DNA of 61,996 bases, counting the filler, from Choristocarpus tenellus KU-1152 (taxonomy: Eukaryota; Protista; Phaeophyceae), in the NCBI GenBank assembly GCA_964200185.2. It is 11 parts of 11 records of this genome, joined end to end, with 100 filler letters (N's around TTAATTAATTAA, not from the genome) between each part and the next. Parts side by side here need not be neighbours in the genome. Positions count along the whole stretch, not along the records: positions 9,147 to 15,633 come from CAXNAD020008028.1; positions 15,734 to 29,740 come from CAXNAD020001302.1; 9 more parts are not named here. One strand, 5' to 3'. The translations under genes were made by a program, and so were the position numbers. Positions 12,131-23,574 of the stretch are shown in pieces. Every line of letters begins with the position of its first letter. Within the stretch, counting starts at the first letter, position 1. Below the pieces are notes generated by a model. It was not told where the DNA came from. It made no database searches and saw only the letters and a list, made by a program, of their open reading frames with translations.

Positions 12131-13575
12131 TCACGGAGGGGTTTGTTGTATTCTTGGGATGCCTCCCTCGCTCCTCACTCTGGGGTGCAGGAATAGGTAG
12201 ATTAGAGGCACAGGAAGGCAGTGGTACAACATAGTGAAAAAAAAAATAGATTAATGTTTCTCACATTTGTGATATATTTTAGTTCTTTAGGGTTTGTACT
12301 AACATGTGTGAACAGTTTTCATTCATTGGTTTTCCCCCTGACATATTTGTGAAATGTCAGAGGGCATAATAATAAGATAATATAGACGGCTCTATTGTTG
12401 CCATTCTTGAAAGTGTGAAAATCCAAATTTTCATCAACAAACGAAATGCATCCATCTCCTCAAGTACATATTCCTTTTGTCATACTGTAACATCAAATCC
12501 AAATTTAGTACAAGAGTGCATCACGTGTACCCCAAAATACTGGAATTATGAACATCGGTGTAGAATCTCGGTACAATAAGTAAAACTTACAAACAACCTT
12601 TCCAAGGTTGCATCACCACCACGATACTCTGTCGAACCAGGCCTCGTGTCATTTAACTTGATATGGTCACCTTCTTTGGTGTCCCTTGCTGCTTTAGTGA
12701 TGAGGGAACTGTCTGACCTCGCGATTTCCTGCCTCCATATACCGAGACAAATACCTGACCTGCTTGGCATTCTCCATCATTACTCTGGCCTCTTCCTTCC
12801 CATGATGTCGGATATATATTCTGGATTGTGGTCGTATAATCATCTAGAATCAGCACAACGACTTGTAGAACAGGTTGGGACGTCTCATCCCCGCCAAAAC
12901 TACTTGCCCAACCCAATCCATCATAGTTGTGGAGGTTCCATGGGGGTCTGAAACCCTTGGTATCTCGACACATAGCACCAACTTCTGCAGTCTGGTCATC
13001 CCACAGTAGATTTCCAGGCCTCCGAAGGGAAAGCTTGTTCCGTATGATCTTGTAAAACCACTAGTGATCCTCCGTGAAAAGTCATATCTCTCTCTGGACT
13101 TGATAACACCCTCGTCCCTGACGCTTTCCTCTTTGGTGAAGTTGTTATCACCTACATGAAGGGGGTTCTCCCTATCTTCCAAAACTGTCAAGTGTAGCTT
13201 TTTGCTCTCAAAAAGGCAAGTGTCATAGCGAGCCTGTCTGTATATTTGGTAAAAGTAGCATGGCTACCTTGTGCAGCTACATCAGTCCCAGCTGCGCCTC
13301 CTTTAGCGAGAGTATTTGTAAACTCACACACTTAAGTCTGTTGAAGAGCTTCCAAGATGGGACATATCGCCAAAAGCTGCTATTGGGTACAAGTATTTGA
13401 GTAGATCATAAACTGACATATATTAATTAGAGATCCTGAGTCTGCCGTGTCATGGCATCAACTAACACAGTCACGATTCTGACTCATCATACCATCATGT
13501 ACAGTATTGCTATATACTGTATCGAATATACCTTAAACGTGCATGAGACCGTCACAAAGTGTTATATGCCTATAC

Positions 13576-13751
13576 GGATCAACATATCTGGAGGGGTGGA
13601 GGGGGTCTACACCAGGGGTGTCCATTCGCCCTGACCAAGAAAATTGCGCTTACATTACCCATCCGACGCATGCAACCAAATCACCCAAAATCGCGACATG
13701 GAAAAATGGGCCCCAAATGGACAGCCGCCACTCCCTCAGATACTTTGAGCC
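13576..13751. mobile_element. MITE family B, full length
   Basis: Perfect 4-bp TSD ATAC. Confidence 0.92.
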
Positions 13752-15553
13752 ATACCGGCACACACATCATAAGCATAACACAGGTTACTGCGACGATCTT
13801 TGTGAAAGGGGACTGTTATTGTGTTTGGGGACTCCTATCTAGCCTATACCTATTCTTGACCTCCACAGTATCGACTACAGGAGCGTTTAATTCCATCGGC
13901 CTCTTATTTTTCTAAAGAAGTAGTTGTGATTGGAACTTGGGAACGGTGTATGGCTAAATATTTCTGTTATGGGCTTGTCCAAGCTTTATTTCTTACACGC
14001 GAAGGCAAGGGTTTGGGAAAATAGGCGACTTAGGAGTACATGTTCTTGGTTTTCCCCCTTATTTTGTCACATTACGAAAATAGGGCGAGCTGGGTGATTT
14101 TGTAAAAGGGAAGAGGCCTATCTCCTCCTACTGCTATGACAGGATATACATATTGGTTCATGGCAGGCACATTTTTTCTTAGACGTAGAGGAGACTGCAT
14201 TTTGTAGAATTTAGAGAGATCAACATGATGTTTATTTTTTGAGAGGATCTCATCATCTCAAAAAGAAAGGTTCCACCAGGGAAACGGGTGATCAACCCAT
14301 TCTTTCCTTCTGGTACTGACTCTTTTAATGCATGCACCGCGGACATTGATCCTTACTTCATGAACCTCCTCCTACTCAGAGTATTAATTTCGCTCGTTTC
14401 TTGCTCCCCGTCACTCATGTCCTGTCATGTCCTGTCAACTCCCTCCAGGCCCGAATTCATTGAGCATATGGCTCATTTGTTTTGCAGAATGGGAGGGATA
14501 GCAAGATTCTCGTCATCCAGGACAGAGCCACGCACGAATATCGAAGAGTGAATACATGACTATTTATTTCCTTGTGAATTTTTGAATGCAATCCATACTT
14601 CTCCCCCCTGACCACAATAAAATCGCTTGCTGATTGTTAAACTACCCCCCCTTCTCAGCTGACCAAGGCATTCATATACGCATCGTTTGGTAGAGTTTCC
14701 CCTGGTCCCGGGAAGCAGTGCCCTGCATGGATCGATAAACCAAACAGCTCAAGGTAGCTGCATACCCCCTCCGAATGCGTTGAGAGCAATGTCAGACCTG
14801 TAACAAGCACGGGATAAGGAAGCTTGACCGATGTGGATCTTCTGTAAGTAGGCAATCCAATGCCTCCTCGCTGATGGACAACACGACCACCATGATCTCC
14901 AGCCTGCATTAATCGCTCGGTGTGTGTCTCTAATAGCATCTCCCGTTCCTTACCATCTTTCTGGCACCTGGTTCCCCTAACCTTCTACACGCCTCGAATA
15001 TCACAGATCCCTGGGGTGGTGGGTAGCATTGCTTGGAATGGAGCTCTACCATACACTCTGCTACTGCGGCCTCATATGGAAACCAACCTCCATACTCTCA
15101 CCAGTAACATTGGCAGAAGGAGAAATTGCCAAAGCTGAAAAGATCACAGGATCGGCAGCATTACAATCTGATTTTTCATTCAGGGTGGCTGAACTTCTTC
15201 GCTCTTTCACTCCTCCACTCCTCCACTCCTCCACTCCTTCACTCCTTCACTCCTTCATAACTCCAACTACTACAGGAGGTTCAATATCAGCAGTCCCTCC
15301 AGCACCACTATGGGAGTTGGAGTAGGTACCTCAGTTGGAGTAAGAGTGGAGGCACATACATGCGGCACTCCTATCAATTAGACTAACAGACAATTCCCAG
15401 TCATCTTCACTCACCATGCTTTTGACCATGAGAGAAGGTATTTCTTTAGGTCATGGACATAACAAGAAGTAGTAGCGCAATCTAACCCCTCCTGTTCGGC
15501 ACCATTCCTGGGAGCCTTCTCCACTCCTCTGAATACATCCCCCTAAAACAAGC

Positions 15554-15633
15554 GACCCAAAGTATCTGGGAGGGGGGGGGGGGTCTACCCCAGGGTGTCC
15601 ATTTGGACCAAAACCAGGAAAAGTGCAATTACA
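15554..15633. mobile_element. MITE family B, partial
   Basis: GACCCAAAGTATCTGGG..., truncated by gap. Confidence 0.88.
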
Positions 15634-17921
15634 NNNNNNNNNNNNNNNNNNNNNNNNNNNNNNNNNNNNNNNNNNNNTTAATTAATTAANNNNNNNNNNN
15701 NNNNNNNNNNNNNNNNNNNNNNNNNNNNNNNNNTTCTCCATGGCCCCCTGCCCTACTCCCCCCCGTGCTTCCCCCCCCCTGCCCCCCCCCCCCCCCCTCT
15801 ATCTCTTCTGGTAGCACCCCTGTGACATCACTCCCTCCCTGTCTAAGTTCATGACATTCTTAGGGATTCCCAGCACCCTCCCCTGTTCTTGAACATCACC
15901 CTCTCCCCTCTCCTCTGTACACTGCCAACTCTCTACCAACCCCAAACACACTAGTTATTGTTACTACCTCACATGACATGAGAGAGTGTATATTGTGTGA
16001 TAAACATCCTTGTGCCACTTACAATCTTTGTGGAATCCCCCTCCTTGTCCTCAAATCAGAAAAAGACAACCCAGACACAAAGCTCACTCATAGAGGAACT
16101 GTCCCCTCATCCACTGCAAACCTCATGCTATGAAGTCTTTTGATGGCTGAATGAGGAAACTTTGGAAGGGAAAAGTTAATAACTCATTGTATGATGTACT
16201 GAGTATTTGGTAATGCGCTAACATCATCTAACTAAATAATATTCAACACTCTCTGACTCAAATCGCGACCAATGACTAAACTATTTTCTTGTTTTTCTTG
16301 ATGTGATGATATTTACGAGGATATCTGTGCACCTCTCATCTCTTCAAGGCACATACATACCCCAAGATGACTGACCACCCATTTGAGGCATCCACATCCA
16401 CAACCTGATTTCTTGTGAAACCTCTCATTTCACGCAACATTTTCATCCTCAAGTGTATCTCCATGTTCATAGTTCAGCGAGTATTCAGAATCCAAACCGG
16501 TGTGGTGTATGTATTGAAAATTTTAGCCCTTGTCTAGAAAGTTCCAGAAAATGTTCAGAAACATATGGAGGTCTTAACCCCTATTGGCATGTTCAGATCT
16601 GTCCTTACTGTAAAGATGTCCTCATGTTGACACTATAGTACTCTGGGGAGAGACTTGCCTTCCGATAGCATCAGCCACAACAGCAGTGAAGGATTGCACA
16701 TGGAAACAAGGTACTGCATAGAAATATTCAATTATCACCCCAATTCCTGCATCATCACTATATCTACTCCCCCCCCCCCCCTCTCCCTGTTGGTCACCTT
16801 TCAGGCAATGCTTCGTTTCTGGTGGCTTGTAACAACTGCGGCAGCTTTGGCAATGGTTGCCTTTACACTGGTCAAGGTATGGTCGTGCTTTTGAGACGCA
16901 TACCCTCCTCATCTCTCTTGGTTTTTTCTTGTGGGCATGGAAACGCTTGGGTACCGGCTTTAGTTCACCGGCTTTAGTTCGGAAATATTTTGTTGGCACT
17001 TTGTGCATAAGTCTGGGGAATCAATTTGTAGAAGGTACCATCAGATCTGTCCGTGTTGGATTGGAGATGAGTAAAGAAGACACATAAAGCTTAGGGGATT
17101 GTCGGTGCAGTGTTCATCCTCAGCACATGAAAAAATATCATCTTAATGTCAATAAAGTATATGTTGAAAATGTCAACAGAGTAAGGTAATTGACTAAAAA
17201 GAGATGAGAGGTACCAGAGTTGCTGGCACTTTGTTACAAGTAGATATTTTCCAAAATGTATTCAAAATTTGCAAACAACAGAGAAATCAGTCAACACTCT
17301 CATGTCAAACTTAGCACTTCACCCATAGAAAAATGGGTGAAATTCAACATAGGATTGAAAAACTAGCTTACAATGCAAACTTGCCAACTCTTGTATTCTT
17401 TGGGTCATCATAGGTACAAAACGATTGAAGTTACACATGTAAGTCTATTGAAAAGCTGAGAATATACAAAATTATATTAGGCATGCACTAAGTGCAACAA
17501 TAAGGATGTGTTAGTGATGATGACATAAGTCCATGAAATTGAGTGAAAAAAAAACACTGTTTTGTTTTCTAGATCAGAGTTCAAGTGGAACATATACATA
17601 GTAGGCATGATTAGATTATTTCCTTAGTACTGCACCGTTTTGTTCATCAGCAACTTTTCATCTGATTTTTTTGCCCTATATTTCCTTTCAAATTGAAACG
17701 AATTTTTGTTCATTTCGTGTGAAAGTGATGACTAGGTCTCTATTGCTGACAATAAAATAATAACAACAATATTTGAGTATGAAGCTCCAAAGCAATAGAT
17801 GGAGAACAGAGAGGTTAAAAAATACATGCAATACAGAAAAGAACAGTAATGGCGGCATGAGAAAACTACACTAGCTTATATGTTGCTGTCTTGAATAAAT
17901 TAATTCCTCTTGTCATCAGCA

Positions 17922-18178
17922 GAACCAAAGTATCTTAGAGGGTAGAGCCGCGTCCATTTGGGGGTCAAAATCCAATGTTGCGATTTTGATGTAATTTTGA
18001 CAATGTGTTTGTTAGTAAGTGTCAATATCCTTGTTCCGGGCACATCTTGTCATAACGTATACATTTTACCTACTCCGAAATCTTTTGGAGTAGGTAAGTG
18101 TCATGAAAACCTTGAGGGAAGCCAAGCCCCAAATGGACAAACAGGGCAAAACCCGTACCCTCTGAGATACTTTCACTC
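17922..18178. mobile_element. MITE family A, full length
   Basis: Terminal inverted repeats present, perfect 4-bp TSD AGCA. Confidence 0.95.
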
Positions 18179-18218
18179 AGCATATGTTTAAATTAAAAAT
18201 AGTTCATACTGCAGGAAA

Positions 18219-18479
18219 GAGTCAAAGTAAACGAGAGGTACCTGGGTATTGACTGTTATTGCATTTTAAGCCAGTTTTTAATCTTATGCAATTCACCCAT
18301 GTTTCTATGGATGAAGTTCTAAGTTTGTACTCTAGAGCATTGCTTTCTCTATAGTTTGGAGACTTTTAGACAGAATTCAGAAAAATCCTGGAATGCATTT
18401 GAAAAAAAAGGCATATTTTGCATGTATTTGTCAGCATCCTTAAAATGCAACTCTGTGTACCTCCCTATTACTTTGACTA
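18219..18479. mobile_element. MITE family D, full length, opposite orientation
   Basis: GAGTCAAAGTAAACGAGAGGTACC...GTACCTCCCTATTACTTTGACT. Internal TTTCTATGGATGAAG is the reverse complement of CTTCATCCATAGAAA at ~51585. Confidence 0.75.
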
Positions 18480-20118
18480 ACTAGAGTAAGTATCTATAAA
18501 TAGAGCACCAGAAAATGCCAGCCGCTGACTTATCTCATATTAAAGCTTACCTCCTTTGAACACCTAATATACTATACATACTGTAAGCCGTTTGCTTCAA
18601 AGTGTATTGAAAGCATATTCAATGATTCACAAAGTGTAGTGTATGTAGTAGGTATCACGATCTATAAATATATTTTGTTGTGCATACTACGTACTCATTC
18701 TTTTCTTGTTCTTTTTTGGATATTCACCTTGTTGACCCTACATACAAAAGCCTCATCACACAAACAAGTTGTCTTCTAGTAATAGGTATATTGTTCCCAC
18801 CAGTACTTCAATATCCCATACTCCTCCAGCGAATACCATGCCTGCACCGTTCCCTTCATCTCCATTTTTTCTTCCCCCGGAAGACAGCACAAAGAGAACG
18901 ATTCCTCTCTCTCCAGTCCATTCCTTGCAGTAGGTATGGAGGAATTCAAAGATTATCGTAGCTCAGCTCCATGCCAACCTGGAGGAGTTGGTGAGAGTCA
19001 CTTTGGCAGGCACCACCAAAATCAAACAAGACCAACAGGTGATTGTGGTTGTCACTGTACCCCCATTATTGACATCGCTTGGTATTCCTTATTCCTTGTG
19101 CCCACAACCTTCCCAATGGCATCTTTCCCTACAAGGCATACCTTCCTGTTTAATGAGAAGCCCTGATTCCATTTTGCTGATGTAGGTTGCAGGATGAAGC
19201 TCCCCTTAACCCTGATCCTGAGTTGAGCAATTGTATCAACCCGGCTCATCCCCAAATAGGGCCCTTCGCTGTACCGATGCTGGCAATACCTCCAACGCTG
19301 ATTGACCATGATTATTAATTTAACATATTGTTGACTGTCACATTACCCCTGAACTGGTCGCATGCATCAAAGGAAGTGGCTGAGCAAAACGCAAGGTCGC
19401 AACAGCTTGGCAAGAGGCTGAAGAGCACTAGGTGAGGACTAGAATAGTGCAAGGGTTAGGACTTGCTTTCCTGTCAGGTGTGAGTTCACAATCCTTTGAT
19501 TGAGGCCAGTTTGTTTGAATGGGAAAATATGGACAAGCGAGTGACACATTTCATTTCCTACAGTGAGATTGTGTTTGTGGTAGCTCTCCAATGACACACT
19601 CTAGAGCTATGTTGGTAGAACCCAGATCATGTCTGGAAATGTTACTTGCATTTGAGTTTGGTTCAAACGGCACAAGTTTTCTGTTCAGGATTTGAGTGAA
19701 TGATTTTATGTGACTCTTCTTGTCACAAACAAACAAATCTGGAAAATAGTACGGCCTGTGCAATATTCCAAAAAATAGCTCCTTGGATTGATAGACCATG
19801 GCTGCCAACTGACCAATCCCCTAACTTGCCAATATTCCCTGATGCAAATCACCATTCCATACTTGTGTTTATAGCCTCTCTCCCTGTGAACACATCAAAA
19901 ATGTATCCGAATTCTACAGGGTAAGCCTGGTATTATGCCAAAATCAGATAGACGATTTCTAGGCTAGAGAAATCCAACTCAGAGAGGAACTGGAGGCAAT
20001 GTTTATGAGGACAACAGATGCGGTGAGATTGGATTGGGTGAGGGGTGTTCAAGTCATATGCAGTTGGCAAAGGACGAAGGAAGAGCAGTTTACTGCAGAT
20101 GACACAGATCAGCAAGCA

Positions 20119-21460
20119 TGTAACCAGTGAACATATTTATTGAATATTGATGATGGTGCTCCCCTCGTTTTGAACTATATTTGACCTATCCTACCTTCAC
20201 TTCCACTCTCAGTCTACGAGTTACTTACAAAAACGCACGGTACTTGCTCTTAGTTTGAACTTGAAACCCAACCAAAGAGTGGTATTTCAATTCATGTCCG
20301 GACTGTTCTACTTGTGTTGAACTAACATGGAAGAGGTACACGGGATGCTTTCTGAACTCAACCTCAACGTTGATTTCAATTACATATTGGACCAAATCTA
20401 AGGAAAAGAAACCTTCTAGTCAAGGCTTGAACCCCTCTTTGACCTTGAAACTATATTTCTGCTACTGTTCTGTGATGCAAACTCAGGAGAAGTCCCTGGA
20501 AGAGACAAATGCCCGTCTTGATATAGTCACAAGAGAAATCTTGCCCTCCTATTTTCTCTTAAGACTATATCCAGACGGGCATTTGTATCTTCCAGGGACT
20601 TACCCTGGGTTGGCATCTCAGGTAGCAATGGTTTAGGTCTAGGGTCAAAGAGGGGTTCAAGCCTTGACTAGAAGGTTCCTTTTCCTTAGACTTGGTCCAA
20701 CATGTGATTGAAATCAACATTGAGGTTGAGTACAGAAATCATCCCGTGTACCTCTTCCATGTCAGTTCAACACATGTAGAAAAGTTCGGACATGTAGTGA
20801 AACATCACTCTTTGGTTGGGTTTCAAGTTCAAACTAAGAGCAAGTACGGTGTGTTTTGTAAGTACCTCGTAGACTAAGAGTGGGAATGAAGGAAGGATAG
20901 GTCAAATATAGTTCAAAACGAGGGGAGCACCATCATCAACTATCAGTACATATTCACTGGGTTACACCCCTCGTTTTGAACTATATTTGACCTATCCTTC
21001 CTTCATTCCCACTCTCAGTCTACAAGTTACTTACAAAACACACCTGACTTGCTCTTAGTTTGAGCTTGAAACCCAACCAAAGAGTGGTGTTTCACTGCAT
21101 GTCCGGACTGTTCTACTTGTGTTGAACTAACATGGAAGAGGTGCATGGGATGCTTTCTGAACTCAACCTCAATGTTGATTTCAATCACATGTTGGACCAA
21201 TTCTAAGGAAATGATTGCTCTTCTACTTGTGTTGATCTAACATGGAAGAGGTACACAGGATCCTTTCTGAACTCAACCTCAATGCTGACTTCGATCACAT
21301 GTTGGACCAAATCTAAGGAAAAGGAACCTTCTAATCAAGACTTGAACCCCTCTTTGACCCTAAGCCTAAACCACTGCTACCTGTGATGCCAATCTAGGAG
21401 AAGTGCCTCAAAGAAACAAATGCCCACCTGGATATAGTCTTGAGAGAAAATGCTACCCTC
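20119..21460. repeat. Direct-inverted-direct triplication of a ~420-bp unit
   Basis: Unit at 20119-20549, inverted copy at 20551-20966, third direct copy at 20967-~21460 with an internal ~100-bp duplication. Confidence 0.92.
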
Positions 21461-22091
21461 CAGGAACAAGTGGCCTTGATGAGGTGAGAGAGTAAGAAGG
21501 GGCTGGTCCAACGTGTGGGGAACAAACAGATAAATTTTATGGATGGCAGTATAGGGCATCTCTCTTCTCATATAGTTCCTTGTGAGATAGAGAGACTTAA
21601 GAAGGCAAGGTTCCACACTATTGCTGGTATGATGCCATTCCCTCTCACACTTGTCACAACCTGACAATTGAATGACGGCACATTTTGCCTACTGTTGCTG
21701 CGATTCTTCATCACTCATCTAAAGGGGAGAACTTGAGGAGGCCAAAGGAAAGGACACAAGCAGAGGGACATCTCTTTCGCAGGTACAACTTCGTCCTGTA
21801 TTCCTCAACATATTGAATGTTGTGTATTTGTAACACATTCAATTCCCTATATTGTTGGGTACATTGAGTGATTGTTCGCCATATGTGCCTGCAGGCCTTC
21901 TCATGATAGAGATTGATGCTAAGACACAAATGGTTGCACAAAATAATGCCAGCATGGACTTTCATCACATGGAGAGGCAGTTGTTGAGAATGTATCTTCT
22001 GGGCACTAAACAAATCAAGTGCTCCATGAAATTGTGTTGGTCCTTCCTCTCCCTTTTGAGACAAAGATGCATAACTCTTGCTATTGAGGTG

Positions 22092-22348
22092 GAGTGAAAG
22101 TATCTTAGAGGGTGCGAGTTTCGCTCTGTTTGTCCATTTGGGGCTTGGCTTCCCATGATCTATTAATGACATTTTTCTACTCCAAAATATTTCGAGTAGA
22201 TAAAATGTATACGTTATGAAAAGGTGTGTCCGGAACAAGGATATAGAGACTTCCTAACAAACATGATAGCCAACACTACATCAAAATCGCAACATTGAAT
22301 TATGGCCCCCAAATGGACGAGGATCTACCCTCTAAGATAATTTGGCTC
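22092..22348. mobile_element. MITE family A, full length
   Basis: Terminal inverted repeats present, 3-bp TSD GTG. Confidence 0.93.
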
Positions 22349-23315
22349 GTGGTGACAAGTCTTGTGGAGCTTGGTCATCGCTTCTCTACTATACTGGTGG
22401 ATGGAATACACATCATGTTCATACCAGTGTTGTAGACTAATGGTCCTATCCAAGTAGTACATGGAAATATTGTGTTGACAAGGACTGGTGTCTGACCTTC
22501 TTGGGGCGCCTTGAGATGATTATGGTGCAGACTATATCTCTATCATTGATGATATAATCTAAGATCTAATGCAACACTCACTCATGTATATTTTCACTTT
22601 TGTCTCTTGTTATGTGGATGGTGGGCTACTTTGGTTTCCAGATTGGAAATACATCTACTCTATCACAATTTTGGGGGAGGGGAATGAGAAAGAACTGTTG
22701 AATTTTTGACTTCCTTGCACTCATCCATTCTCAACGCTATCCCACACCCATTGTCTTTCGTTGGCTGTTGAAAGGCATTGGTCCCAGGTTGCTTCCTTGC
22801 AGAATTGAAACAAGTCACCACTGCAAGGTGTGAGGAGATGCGGGCAAGGTGTCTTCTGCAGGTCTACTTTCTTGCAAGTGGGATCCCCGCCTTCTTTGCC
22901 ACCTTGGACAGGAAGTCCAAGATGCCAGCAATCATGATTTTCCGGGAAAATGTGCTCCCACAGATCCGTTCTAGGTGGGAATAGGCAGAGGCAGATAGGA
23001 AATATGGATTCAAGTTTCAGGGTGAAGGGCAGGCCTATTTGCAAGTGGAGACATGAGTTGACTGAAGGTGTGCTTCTTTGCTTGTTTCAAATCATTTCTA
23101 TTGCTGTGTCCATACAGTGTTTTGTAATACATTTTTTTACCAATGCCATGATCTCGTCCTTTGAGGAGACTCTCTGGGAAGGGGACTTATCTGTTTCTCA
23201 TCTCCTTCTAACTTGCCGTCTAACACCAAGGCACAAAAAGACCGTAGGACCTTACTGTATCTTCCAGCCCACCCTCCATAACTCCCCACAACCCCAATGT
23301 GGGCATTCTGCTAAT

Positions 23316-23574
23316 GAGTGAAAGTATCTTTGAGGGTGCGAGTTTTGGCCTGTTTGTCCACTTGGGGCTTGGCTTCCCATGGGGTTTTAAATGACATTTT
23401 CCTACTCCAAAACATTTTGGAGTAGGTAAATTGTATACGTTATGAAAAGGTGTGTCCAGAACATGTGTATTGACACTTCCTAACAAACACGAGGTGAAAA
23501 ATTGCATCATAATCACAACATTGAATTTTGACCCCCAAATGGATGCGGCTCTACCCTCTAAGATACTTTGGCTC
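23316..23574. mobile_element. MITE family A, full length
   Basis: Terminal inverted repeats present, perfect 4-bp TSD TAAT. Confidence 0.95.

Noticed and set aside
16453-17087. Cys-rich ORFs considered as a Fanzor/TnpB zinc finger
   Set aside because: I could not find RuvC motifs (DPG/DLG, E..TS, RD.NAA) by eye here or elsewhere in the window.
21711-22238. 175-aa ORF and similar ORFs containing KPSPKWTNRAKL or ATWKNGPQMDSRH
   Set aside because: Read-through of non-coding MITE sequence.
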